NCBI GenBank assembly: GCA_002633005.1
Contig: NMRA01000014.1
Location: forward strand, 1,021,529 to 1,085,528
DNA length: 64,000 nucleotides
Source: Phoronis australis
Taxonomy: Eukaryota > Animalia > Phoronida
Reading direction: 5' to 3'
Each line of letters starts with the position of its first letter. The stretch's first letter is position 1. Under the pieces are notes generated by a model. It did no database searches, was not told the DNA's origin, and worked only from the letters and a program-made list of their open reading frames with translations. Made by a program: the position numbers and the translations under genes. Below, one piece after another: positions 35,942 through 47,700 of this stretch.

Positions 35942-38330
35942 TCAAGCTGTTTTAGGTTTATTGTTGCGTCTTCTCTATCATGTCACTCGGATTATATAAC
36001 TTGAGTCGACTAGTTTATTTATGTCCACTAAACTGTTACCTGATGCACTGAAGCGCCTACCCTTGGCCGTTTTACTTCAAAGGGCACGTTTTGCCTCAAC
36101 ACTGGGCCACAGAGCAAAACTCCCTAATTCGCTTTTTAAGGCGGCACTATAAACCTGCACTCCGTAATTCTTAATTTACACCACCAACAGTTTGGTTAAA
36201 TGACTCAAGTTATTCCTTATCTAAATTCAGACAACTGACAGCTTGTTTTTACTTTAAAGAACTCTCTTTGACTCAATTGTCGCGGCGGCTGAACATGGCC
36301 CCTTTTCCCATGCCGTTAACTACGTTACCATATTGATTGCGATTAAGCTTCAAAGATATCAGTTCAGAAACTAGTTCGGCGAATTTATCGCAAGGCAGCC
36401 CCCAATACGACCTTCGGTGATATGCGTGCTTTTCGTTTCATGCCATCAAAAGTGGCAAAAAACCTCGACCTCACCTCAAATGGAAACTAGCAAGTCAACT
36501 TCACAAAGCCAACTTTTGTCACGTTGGGCTGGTGACGTTGAGCAGGCTAACAGAAATGACAACGGGTATGACGTTTATGGCGGGAACTCGACGTTTTGTC
36601 ATTACGCTCATAGCTTCAGTAATTTTTTAATGTAAATAATTCACCGAATGCATGGATAAATTGAAAAAGAATACTTATTCGGAGAAAATAATAAATTAGA
36701 AATGATGTTTTTTCAGCTTATCATTATAATACACGTAGGATTAAATGGGTTATTTTTCATTATTCGGGGACAGAGTTGGCTGATGGCGCTGGATATGTCA
36801 AAGAAGTTTCAATTCGCGGGACGCAGCTTCAGGTAAAATTAACTTGACCCTGGATAAATACGATTCTTAAGTGATGATACGCAAAGTTGCGCACCACTTA
36901 ATGGTAGGTAATGTTATTTCAATAACATTTCCAGCATTCAAGGGCGAGTTAAAACGAATTGTTTTACAAGTTTTCTTTGTGTTGGACCATTGACCCGCCC
37001 CCACCCCCTTCTGCACGATAGCCTACTGTTTATCCCCTAGGAACTGGAAGGGCATGGCAGTTGCGTTTTTGGATGACGTGCACCCCCACCGTAAGTCCGC
37101 CTATGCAAGGAAACACAAAACCACAGCCAGGTATTAATGGGTGGGGTCATCTTTTCGTGACAGTTTGCTTGATGTCCTAGAATATGAAACGAGAAATTCC
37201 GTGACTCACGCACATCTTGCAATGGTAGGCATTCCCATATTGCACGGAGACAAATGTTTTAGTGCAGCGCACACATAATCCCAGGTAAAAGAAAACAGTA
37301 TGAACCGAGTGCTACGGGAAGAATTTTGTTAATTTAATTAGACTCCAATTAAATGGAGTTCTCTTACAGTCTCCATGTTATGTCAACCTACAACATCGTT
37401 CAGTTTACCTTGCATATCAAAAACAGCAAAGTCGTTTCTCCCACTCTCTTATGTAAATTGTAGACCAGTGCGTTTACTTTAACCACTTTCTAGATGAGAA
37501 AATAAACGAGGGGTATATTTTGATCATCTATATTTGGCATCATCGCAATATCTGCTATTGCATCACCAGGTAGGACAAATAACCGGAAGTACAATATTTC
37601 TTCTTTAGATCCAGGACACGATTATGGGTTTATTTAAGTAGTTACCTCTAGACTATAACTATTAATTCATACATGACATGAATCTCCTATTCTTCCTAAT
37701 ACTGATAAAATACAAGTTTTCGAGTATATGCAGCTCCTGATCAGGCGAGAATGACTGGTAGCAAAGGCATACAGCATGCCATAGAGAAGACCTACATGGG
37801 AATTACATGAGAGGAAACTGAAATTACATGGGACGACTGAAATTTGACCACAAACCCAATCGCCTCATCAACAAAGACATGGGACACAAGTCCTTATATG
37901 TGATTTACTTTCCTCTCCTACCATTTCTCAATTCCATGGACCATCTGCGTTTCCCATCAGTCTTTTTACACACCTAACCAACAGCAGTATATGCTCAAAG
38001 CCAGTACACTTCATCTATATACATTCCTGTAGATCACAAGGTGTCTTTCATATTCAATATTACTTTTATTCAAGCATCTCCAGTTTTAGCCTGGTATTAT
38101 ATTACTAAATACAAGCAAGATCAAGTCCAATTGCAACCCTAGTGTTGCATTAATAAATATGTGTACGTTTTAGTCCAATACTAGTCAAGCCATTGATATC
38201 TATCGCCTGTTATCTTGTGTACACTTTGGTAAACTTGACACGTAAATGAATTCAAAATTGTCGTCAGTGGTTGTACAAGACTGGGTGTGACTGGTTCTTT
38301 GCCTAACTACTTCTCCACCACAGTCTCTCT

Positions 38331-39638
38331 CTATATACAAGGTTCAACATAATTACTGGGAAACAAGCCAGTTTGCCCATCCATGACTCCCTCCCACCAC
38401 CCGTCTTCATTCTTCTTCACCACATATATTACAGCGTCTTCCCTTAGTTCCAGCTCATCATCTTTATCTTTTTCATAGTCGTACACAGCGATGCACTTTT
38501 CCAAGTACACCTTTGGAATCCAGAGGTTGTCCTCATCTCCGCCTCCTCTTGACTGATTATCATTATATGACCTCTGATCGCCAAATGTAGGCGGAGGAGG
38601 GGGAGGTATGAAGTCTTCCTCGGGTGGTGGTGGTAATGGGGGTGACATGTTACCCGCTTGGAAGGCAGCGGCAAGAGGTGGCGGTGGCGGGGGTTCATTC
38701 ATGTCCTGCATGAAGGCATCCATATTAGTCTGAGGAAGTGGAGGAGGGGGTGGGGCTGGGGGTGACACGGGGGATGAGGACATGGGCAAGGCCACACCTA
38801 CCATAGGAGGCGGAGGAGGTGGTGGGGCCTGTGAAGGGTGGGCTGGAGCTGCATAGGATGAACTGGTGCGTCGCTTCTCCTGGTATTGAATGCCCTGTTG
38901 GTATGGAGATGGTGGAACTATGGCATCGGCCGGCTGTTGGTACTGTACCCCATGTTGATAGGGACTAGACTTAACAGACTCCTTCTGTTGATATTGCATG
39001 CCTGCCTGATAGTGGCTGGGTGGTTCAGGGGCAGCTACCTGTCTCAAATGTTGATTTGACATGTAATGACTGGGTGGTGCAGGTGGCGCCGCTGGTCGGA
39101 TGTTGCCCTGCCTGTAGATACCTCCTCCGGCCGACCTGCCTATGGTGCCTGTAGGAGGTGTAGGGGGCTTCGTCGTGGGAGCAGAGGCATGACTGCTATT
39201 GATACTGACAGAGGACCTCTGGCTGCTCACACTGGTCACTGACTCGCGCTTCTTGCCAGCTTGATTCTGATGTTTAATGCCATGCCCAATACTATCCAAA
39301 GCTGTGTAATCAATAGTTTTCCTCACGTACTTCACTGGTCGTTCAGGGTACTCAGGGAATATAATCCCAGGAGGTCTAACCCCCGTTGGCCTGGTAGCTG
39401 TTTTGGTTGTAGTAAGCACACCGATCTCTCTTCGTGCCACCTTCTCCTTGTGAATCATGACCGTCTCCGACAGATGGTTGATGTGAGATTCCATCTCAGC
39501 CAACTGGTGAGTCTGCATATCTAACAGCTGTAGGAAGTTGGTGGCCAGTGTGTTGATCTGGTAGGCTACACTGGCCAGAGACTGGGTCGTGTAATTCTTA
39601 GTCTCTTCCAGTGCATATCTTCTGTTCTGGTCTTCAGC
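38331..39638 (-). CDS. ABI: Abl interactor (ABI1/ABI2-like, WAVE regulatory complex subunit), coding exon 2
   Basis: gttttgcag|AEDQNRRYALEETKNYTTQSLASVAYQINTLA...HKEKVARREIGVLT...YVRKTIDYTALDSIGHG, Pro-rich middle, C-terminal SH3 (AVYDYEKDKDDELEL...DGWWEG...GLFPSNYV). 1308 nt. Confidence 0.95.
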   Translation of the reverse strand, partial: AEDQNRRYALEETKNYTTQSLASVAYQINTLATNFLQLLDMQTHQLAEMESHINHLSETVMIHKEKVARREIGVLTTTKTATRPTGVRPPGIIFPEYPERPVKYVRKTIDYTALDSIGHGIKHQNQAGKKRESVTSVSSQRSSVSINSSHASAPTTKPPTPPTGTIGRSAGGGIYRQGNIRPAAPPAPPSHYMSNQHLRQVAAPEPPSHYQAGMQYQQKESVKSSPYQHGVQYQQPADAIVPPSPYQQGIQYQEKRRTSSSYAAPAHPSQAPPPPPPPMVGVALPMSSSPVSPPAPPPPPLPQTNMDAFMQDMNEPPPPPPLAAAFQAGNMSPPLPPPPEEDFIPPPPPPTFGDQRSYNDNQSRGGGDEDNLWIPKVYLEKCIAVYDYEKDKDDELELREDAVIYVVKKNEDGWWEGVMDGQTGLFPSNYVEPCI

Positions 39639-41331
39639 CTGCAAAACATTTCACTATTTAAAGTCCTTGGAAGGCTCATTCTAAAGGCTAACAGTAAAAA
39701 CTAGATCTAGTATCACAGTTTTTGAATGAGAGTATAATCGCTTAATTTTTGCCAGAGAGAACCAGCCTGTGCCTCATTTGCAATGGTAGTCAAGATACGT
39801 ACATATAACATTTAATCAGAAAGGTTCAGCGACGTTTAGAATCCACAAGAGGCAATTCTTTAAGATTATAATAACTGTCAACTTTGATGGTCGTCGCTTA
39901 ACCACAAATTGCGTCAACCTACCCCACCAGAATCGACTTTCTCAACCTCAAAACTGAAGGAAAAACACACCGCAGATACTGATGATGTTGGACACACATT
40001 CCAGAATAACATCAAGAACGTGGTTGTTTGTAAAATTCTTCTGTCACAAGTTTGTCACATTGGAAACTTGCAGTCCTTGGAAAAGTCATCAAATTTTTTC
40101 ACACGAGTAACATTGTAGTCTAAATATTCAATTTAATCCTTAGCGCAACTATTTGCCCAATTTGATAAAGATCGCTGCTCTTATCATCCCTAATTGGGGA
40201 GCTCAGACTAGCCCTGTGTGGCCTTGTTAGATGAATGGATAATTCCATGGCTGTGAAGCAGATCTTTTTCTCGTGAAAGATTCCCTCTCTATCATTGTTT
40301 TGTATTTTAAATGTCCTCTAAAACAATTTAAATACCTAGTTGATGATATTTATAGCTATTTGTGATCTGAATATAGCGAATATGGCTAATTTCTGTAGCA
40401 TGAATTTAGGTCATGTGACCAGTTTCTGGTAATGTGAGCGATATGAAACCTTTTTTCCTGCATAACTAAGTAACCAATCACCAAATTAGTTTTCCTTAAT
40501 CATTGCCTTTTGCAAGAGTTTATTTATTTATTAGCTTAATCACTGAAAATATTGGATTCCATTTAAGTCAGTAGAAAATTTATGTTAAGCAAGTTCACGT
40601 ATTATTATTCTGATATCAGTTAATTAATAAATCAATCTAATTAACGGTTATTTCACTGTATAGTTTAAATAACTATTATCATTTACTAGCATTGCTGTAC
40701 ACCGCCAGTGTTCTTACTTGAACTATGGAGCTACGCTTGCAGCACTCATTTTAATTCTAGTAAAAAGCCGCTAATTAATGCATTGGGTTCGGCAAGCATT
40801 CCTCAATTTCGAACAAAAATAATGGCCAAGATTTTTATTTTTCATTTTTGAAACGCTCACTGTATAGCCAAAAATATTCAAAATTTCATCGCGTTTGTTG
40901 ATTATAGCTGTACTATACACAGTTTTTAAATAATCAAGTACAACTGTCTTCCTCTTAGTGTTTAGCTTTTTAATTTGATCAAACATTTTAGTGTTCATCC
41001 ACATTGTGTTATAAATTTGAAAAAACTTTACCGTATCAGAACTCGAAACAGGCAAAAATCTACACTCAAAAAGGTGACTGACAGTATATTTGAACTCGTA
41101 TACGATTTGGCGTCGTAGAAAAGTGACCAAAAAACACTAGAACTCCACTTAATATATGTTGATTAAATTGTCCACAGCATCTTGGTATGTGTTAATTATA
41201 AATCTTTGCAGATACACACATGCCTCTTCTGATGTTATTCGTTGTGCATTGAAATAAGTATTTTTAATGGGTACGTTTTATCGCTTCTCGGCTCTGCCAC
41301 TAACAGAGGCTCTGCCTCTCTGGGTTCCAAG

Positions 41332-42231
41332 TAGGCAATGACCATCGCCTCTGTTGGCCCGAACCAGAGGCGATGTAGAGGCTATAGGCGCTCTGTACGC
41401 CGGAAGCTTTTCGGCGAATTATGCCTCGCACCGACTAAACCATCAAAGCCACGTTGTTATAACTACCTTTTGCGCATAGACGAACACCTTAGGAGGTTGT
41501 CGATGTGATTAATTCCTTCCAACTCGAACAAATACTCCCGTTATGAAACTTTTTCTTCGAGCAGTCCCTATTTCAGTTCCCAAAATCGTGAAATCAACTT
41601 TTTCATTTTTTTAACCAGGCCGAAGGTCAGAAGTTGCGGACCTACCGGCGAACTTTGAAAGCTGAAGTTCCCGCCCTTCGCGTACGTGCTGCCGGGAACC
41701 AGCCGTGCATTTGCCGTGTTGTTAAACATTAAAATGTCAAATATGTGCACATGGACTATTAAATGTCATATCAACAGCATTTATTTTTATCAAATACAAA
41801 CAATGATTCATTGAAATACAATCAGTTTCAAGTAACGCCAATTAAAGACAAGTATAAGTGGTGGCATTTTGGAAACGAACATTTGACTGACAAGACCGCA
41901 ATGGCTCACCTTTGGCCTATTTAAAGATTGAGGTCATGAATTGGAGCGTGCGCAGTGTAAAAATGGTGAGTTCACGATTTTGGGAACTGAAATAGGGACT
42001 GCTCGAAGAAAAAGTTTCATAACGGGAGTATTTGTTCGAGTTGGAAGGAATTAATCACATCGACAACCTCCTAAGGTGTTCGTCTATGCACAAAAGGTAG
42101 TTATAACAACGTGGCTTTGATGGTTTAGTCGGTGCGAGGCATAATTCGCCGAAAAGCTTCCGGCGTACAGAGCGCCTATAGCCTCTACATCGCCTCTGGT
42201 TCGGGCCAACAGAGGCGATGGTCATTGCCTA
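41332..42231. mobile_element. Young 900-bp non-autonomous MULE-like element with 261-bp TIRs
   Basis: TIRs 41332-41592 and 41971-42231, one mismatch seen. 9-bp TSD GGTTCCAAG at 41323-41331 and 42232-42240. Confidence 0.9.
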
Positions 42232-42456
42232 GGTTCCAAGTTTCCAACCGTTCCATCACTCAGAGGTGGTGCACCTTTAATCTGAGATCGAAAGGTACTA
42301 AAAGCAACGCCATTGTGATTGTTTAGCCAGTGTGTGACATCATTTGGCAGAATTATGCTTGCATACAGCGGGACTATGGGACAACCACCGTCTTTGAGCC
42401 AGCGTCACTGGCCTAGTTCTGACCGAGTCTGAGACGGAAGTTGCAACATTACAAAC

Positions 42457-42573
42457 CTGGATGTAATTATCTTCACAATAATCGGCGACTTTAGCAAGGT
42501 TAGAGTGACTTTCTAGTATATTCTTTCTGGCCTCTGGTATCTCGTGCTCTATGAGTGACAACAAATCAGCCAT
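42457..42573 (-). CDS. ABI: Abl interactor, coding exon 1
   Basis: MADLLSLIEHEIPEARKNILESHSNLAKVADYCEDNYIQ|gtttgt; 117 nt. Full model: complement(join(38331..39638,42457..42573)), 474 aa. Confidence 0.93.
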
Positions 42574-44661
42574 CTTTCTGACACGGGATGAAGCATTCAA
42601 AAACGCATCAGAAGTTGACTGGGTGTGGAGCAAAATTTTGCCAAAAACAAAATGGCTTCCTTTTTCAAGCTCCAGCGCCACCTTGTGACTGTAATCCGCA
42701 CGCAATTTCACGAAAGACGTCGCAACGCAAGTGCTGGCTTACGTAGAAAATGAATCCGCTGTCGACTTTTAAAAAAAATCTTCCATTTCCCGTGTGACTT
42801 TATCATGTGCATTGCTTTGCGTAAATACATCATAACGTCGTATGGAACATGACGAATGTTGTATCGAATGAGCGAATTTTTGGTTCAAGTATTTCATACA
42901 GGCACGTAGGCAATTATGCTTCACTGATTACGCCGCCAAGTTTCCCTAGCATGCGAGTTTCAGCACAGGAATATTACTAAAATGCGAAACAAACTGAAGG
43001 GTGTAATAGTAACATAAAAAGGAAATTAACCAGAGAGGTATGGCTAATTAAACCAGCAGGGAAACAATGTGAATGATTCAAAAGATTTCTACCTTACTTT
43101 ACTAATACGTACGGATGCCTCTCTCATGGACATCAATTGCCGTTGTGAAGGCATTCGTCCAAATACAGTTTTATACATTAATTGGACCATTGATGCCGTT
43201 TGACGCAATAACATTTTTCAGTAAAAATTCAGGATGCAGTGACATTTGCAAAAAAAAGTTGTATCTATCGATCCGAAATTACAAATCAATATTTTCTTAT
43301 TGGTAGCAGTATGTAACTTTCGAAAGAAATAAAATCGAGTTTCTTCAGAAAGTAAAAAGTATCGATCCTGATACAAGTAGTCGTAGTGTATGTTATCGTA
43401 AACAAGAGACATTGGAACGTATTTTTACGATTGTTATATTGCTAAAGAAAGTGGACTATAGATAGTACCGGTAACAATATTCATAATAAAGAGACAATAT
43501 GTTCGTTGCACACCTGCTGCATAGTTATCACGGTCACACATTCCAGAACGAAAAAATGAACAAGTGGGCTTAAGCGGGGCTTCCGGATAAAAAGTGGGAC
43601 ATGGAGGACTAAGACAAAACGCAAGTGTAGGGGTGAAATGTTTGCTAAAATACATAAAAACGTCCCATTTTTTTTTCTCGGAACGGGTTGCAGTGGGAAA
43701 TTGCGAGTGCCCCAGACAGAAAACCATGAAACGTCCTTTTTCTCTTCTTATTCAAAGGGGAAAATACGACTATGTCGCGTAAGAAATTACAATAGTGTAT
43801 GATAATAGAGAGGTTTCGCAAAGCGAAGTGAACGTGTTTTATCACGCATTATAATACCGTGTCATACATGCTATTGTTGACTGTGACGTAATCCCCATAG
43901 TGTTTGAATATTGAGGTTCGCGTCGCTTTAAACGCGAAACCTGTGGCCTCTTTTTAATTTTTATTTGTAAGACATCGAGACGATTTTTATTTTGATAAGG
44001 TTCTCAATCTTTCTTCTTTGCTTCAATATAAAATGATCACGATTCTATTGTCTATAAATTTTCTTAAAGTTTAGTTGCAAGAAAGCACTTTTTTCCAAAA
44101 TCCTTATTCCGCCAGAGTTAGCTGGACATCATCGACCTAGAATGGATTGTTAACAGATAAGAATTTGTGACGTTATTTTTTTTAAAATGCTTTTAAGCAT
44201 GTAAAAAATTTTAAAACTTACATGCATCTATTTAGTTTTAATTCCAAATAAATTCGGCATTATAAGAGTTGAACATTTTTCGAAGGATTTCGTAGGAACG
44301 ACTTTTTCGCGATCAACATATATTTCTGTCTAACTGATATGTACCTCGATAACCGGACACCCTAAGCTCAGTTATGTCAATTTCGCCGAGTGCCAAAAAC
44401 CGGGACATTTTGATTGTGTTGCGGGATGGCAGGAAAACCAAAAAGTGGGACAGTGCGCCAAGAGCGGGGCCACTGTACGCTGTCAGGAACACGAAGTATT
44501 GGATTTGGATTCTTTTACAAAGTAAACGTTTTATATTTTAAAATTTATTTCACGGGTATAAGTAAATATAACAGATATATAACTGCTCAGAAATGAAATT
44601 AACAAAAAACGGCATCTGGGCAACAGGTAAAATAATTGAAAATAGTATTAATATATACTTG

Positions 44662-44693
44662 CACACACACACACACACACACAGACACACACA

Positions 44694-44782
<89 letters not shown>
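44662..44782. repeat. (CA)n microsatellite
   Basis: About 60 CA units with two GA interruptions. Confidence 0.97.
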
Positions 44783-44786
<4 letters not shown>

Positions 44787-47700
44787 CTATGGGATATGAG
44801 TAATTTTTCAAAAGATTTGTAAATACACTCGTTCAGTAGGGCCTAAAGTTTTCCATGTCACTTCTTTCCGTAAAATAATGTAACATATTTTTAACGCCTA
44901 AAATGACTTGTTGAAAAACTCCAGGCATGTAGTTTGGCTGTCGAAAGGGGTTCTAAGTTTGAGCTGAAAAGTTATCAGCCAGAAGGCCACAGGTCGGTGT
45001 GTAATTGTCGGGTTTGTTGACTTATTTTGCCGAGAAATCTCTGGTTGTCTGGAGCTGTATATCAAGAGTCTCGCTTGATGAAAAAATTACAAAATGAAAA
45101 CGAAGCAATGAAATTAGCCTTGATTTGATAAATATTACTCGATCAAAACTCAGTCGAAGTCACACAGACAAGAATTCACAGTTAATAAAAATAACAACGG
45201 ATTTAAACCGGCTTGACATGTTCCAGAGTGCAATGAACTTTCGCGGCTCAGTTGTCTCGGAGTCATAAGCTCTTATCAGGGACCGTACTATCGTCCGTTT
45301 GCTCTAATAATAGAATACACCGACAGGTGACTGGCTGAGGAGTGAGCGAAATGTCCAAATAACAGTAGTAAAAAATACGCTTTAGTACAGTGGTCCACAG
45401 TTCAAGGTTATTTAGGACCTTGCCAAGCCTGTATATTTAGCATTTTTTAAACAGCACTATGTATTTGAGTTCAGTAGAAGTACTTTCTGAAAATAGAAGC
45501 CTGTAAAATTTGATTTGTGACTTTTTACACATTTGCCATTACTTGGGTCACGTGACCATGGCCTTTTAGTAATATTTATCAGAAACAGCGATTTCACGCA
45601 ACCAATTTTTATTTGAAATAAACGTTCAAAAAGAGATTTCAAAAACGTCTTTACAGTTTTCAATCATTTCCAAAATGATTAAAATCCTGTTTTGATAGTC
45701 TTTCCCTCAAAAATGGAACATTTAAAAACAATCTCTACCAACGTTTTGGAGACTAGAGCATAAAATAGTGGTACCTGAAAGTTTCATTTGAATCCGAAGT
45801 ACTTTCCGTTCGGAGAAGTTCCGAAGTTGGTCAAATTCGGAGATTTTCCCAGGATCCTACATATAACGACGGAGTGGTTTAATTTTTTCAACCTTTAAAA
45901 GCGACAATAAACCCGCATTCAATCACAAAAAACAACTTTGATTTACTAGTACTGAGACCATACCTGGTGTCAAAAATATTCTTTAATCAAACTGGGGGTG
46001 ATTTCAAGGCTTTGAAGGATAAGTAAGTTCTCAATTGCACGAAAACACTCTGTGAGCTTTACAGATTTGTTTGTCGGTCAGGGTCACGAGGAGTTTATAA
46101 ATCGAACTGTGAGTTATGCAAACCCAGAAATCTCTTCTCATCCGAATAAGGAACAAGTTGTCAATTTTACAGCGGCACCTAGTGGTCTGAATCAAGAGCT
46201 CCCTCTTCGAATCGGAATGCGTTTATTGCAGCTTTAGGCCTAAAAATAGGTTTTGTGTAAAGTAATTTCATATACGTTTCTGCATAACCAACGATGACAT
46301 TACTTGAATTGAAAACCTAAGTTACACTAAAAAGTGACTTTGCAAATTCATTCAGTCAATAAGTACTCTATAAGCTCTTTTCCATTTCCTGGGAGTATGA
46401 AAAACAGAAAGTGGTGGCAATTGTCTAACTTTTAACAGGTACCGTTGAGAAATAACTCAAAAATGTCTCATCTCAGAAATAGCTAGTCGGATTAATCAGA
46501 AATTTTCAGATACTGTGCTTAATGCAATTTTCCATTACATTGCTAATTTGTAATTGTTTTCAAAACCTTCCAGTTTTGCAATAGGGTTATCAAAAACAGG
46601 ATTGTCAAAAAAAAAATCAAAAGTTGCACCTTAGAGATATCATGTTGCATATTTATATCGAATGAAATTTCGTCTGTTATTAACTTGATAGGCTGTTTTG
46701 CCAGCCAGAATATACCTTTTGGTTGGTAAAAATTACAAAAAAGTCGCCACCAGTGTGAAATTGGTACAAAGTTAAAAATCAAAGTCTACAGGTTTTCTAC
46801 CTTCAGAAAATATAACATATTTTTACAGAGTTAATTTATATAGGTTTGCATATATTTGGCTAAACCAATCGGCTCAGTCACCTGCATTCTGATGTGAGAG
46901 CTGCAGTCAGGTGACATTAGCTCAATGGAAAAGGACAAAAATTAAAACCATAACATTTTATTGTATAAAACGAACCACAGCGTTTTACAATAAGAAATTA
47001 TAGAAAGGACTAGATCAACAATATTACAAACAACAGCCCTGTGGTGTTAAACGCTAAATGGACCTAGTATGTTCCTGTAAATGAGTAACTGGATGAATAG
47101 CCTCACAAACAAACTAGGTTTTGAACTCCAGTTGAACACCTCTGTTCAAATACTAGCCTCCTTTAGCCTATTACAGGCATTCACTAGGACTAGATCAAGT
47201 GAACATCTGCTACAAAATATTGTTCCAGTACCCTAGTCAAACCAAAAGTAACTGTTGTCTGGCCTCAGCCTTGATGTGTGAGCCAGCCTGATCTCCAGTA
47301 TCAGATTTTATGACAAGATGAGGCTCTGCTAGAAGACAAAAGCCTTGATATATCCAGGAAGGTATCGATGCTGCATTCAGATGAGCAGTTTTTCTAAGAA
47401 GTTGTAGGAGACATCTGCTCAGAACTTAGATTAGATTATTAAAACAACGTTCACACAGGAGTAATTAGGATGAAATTAATTTGCAAGACCACGTTAAAAA
47501 TTCTGGACAATCACAAGCAATCACCAAGATGGGAGAAGAGAGCCTTGCCAGTACCTCACTGAAATGCAGATGGATGCTGTCTGCTTTGGAAAGAAGACAG
47601 GTGAGAAATCTCATGAGCATTCAAATGATATTTTCATTTCTGTGTTCTGGTCAGATGGCATGTGAACACTATAGGAGTGTTGAAGGCAGTTTTGGGTAAA

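Noticed and set aside
42574-42711. N-terminal extension of ABI in the ORF track
   Set aside because: Starts at a non-ATG codon. Homology begins at MADL (ATG 42573), so this is 5' UTR/promoter.
44550-44811. ORFs rich in CV/HT repeats (also 28602-28822)
   Set aside because: Translations of (CA)n microsatellites.
45328-45358. CTGAGGA-GTGAGC-GAAA-TGTC hammerhead-like core
   Set aside because: Stem III is too short and stem I pairs only one base. It may be chance or a dead relic.
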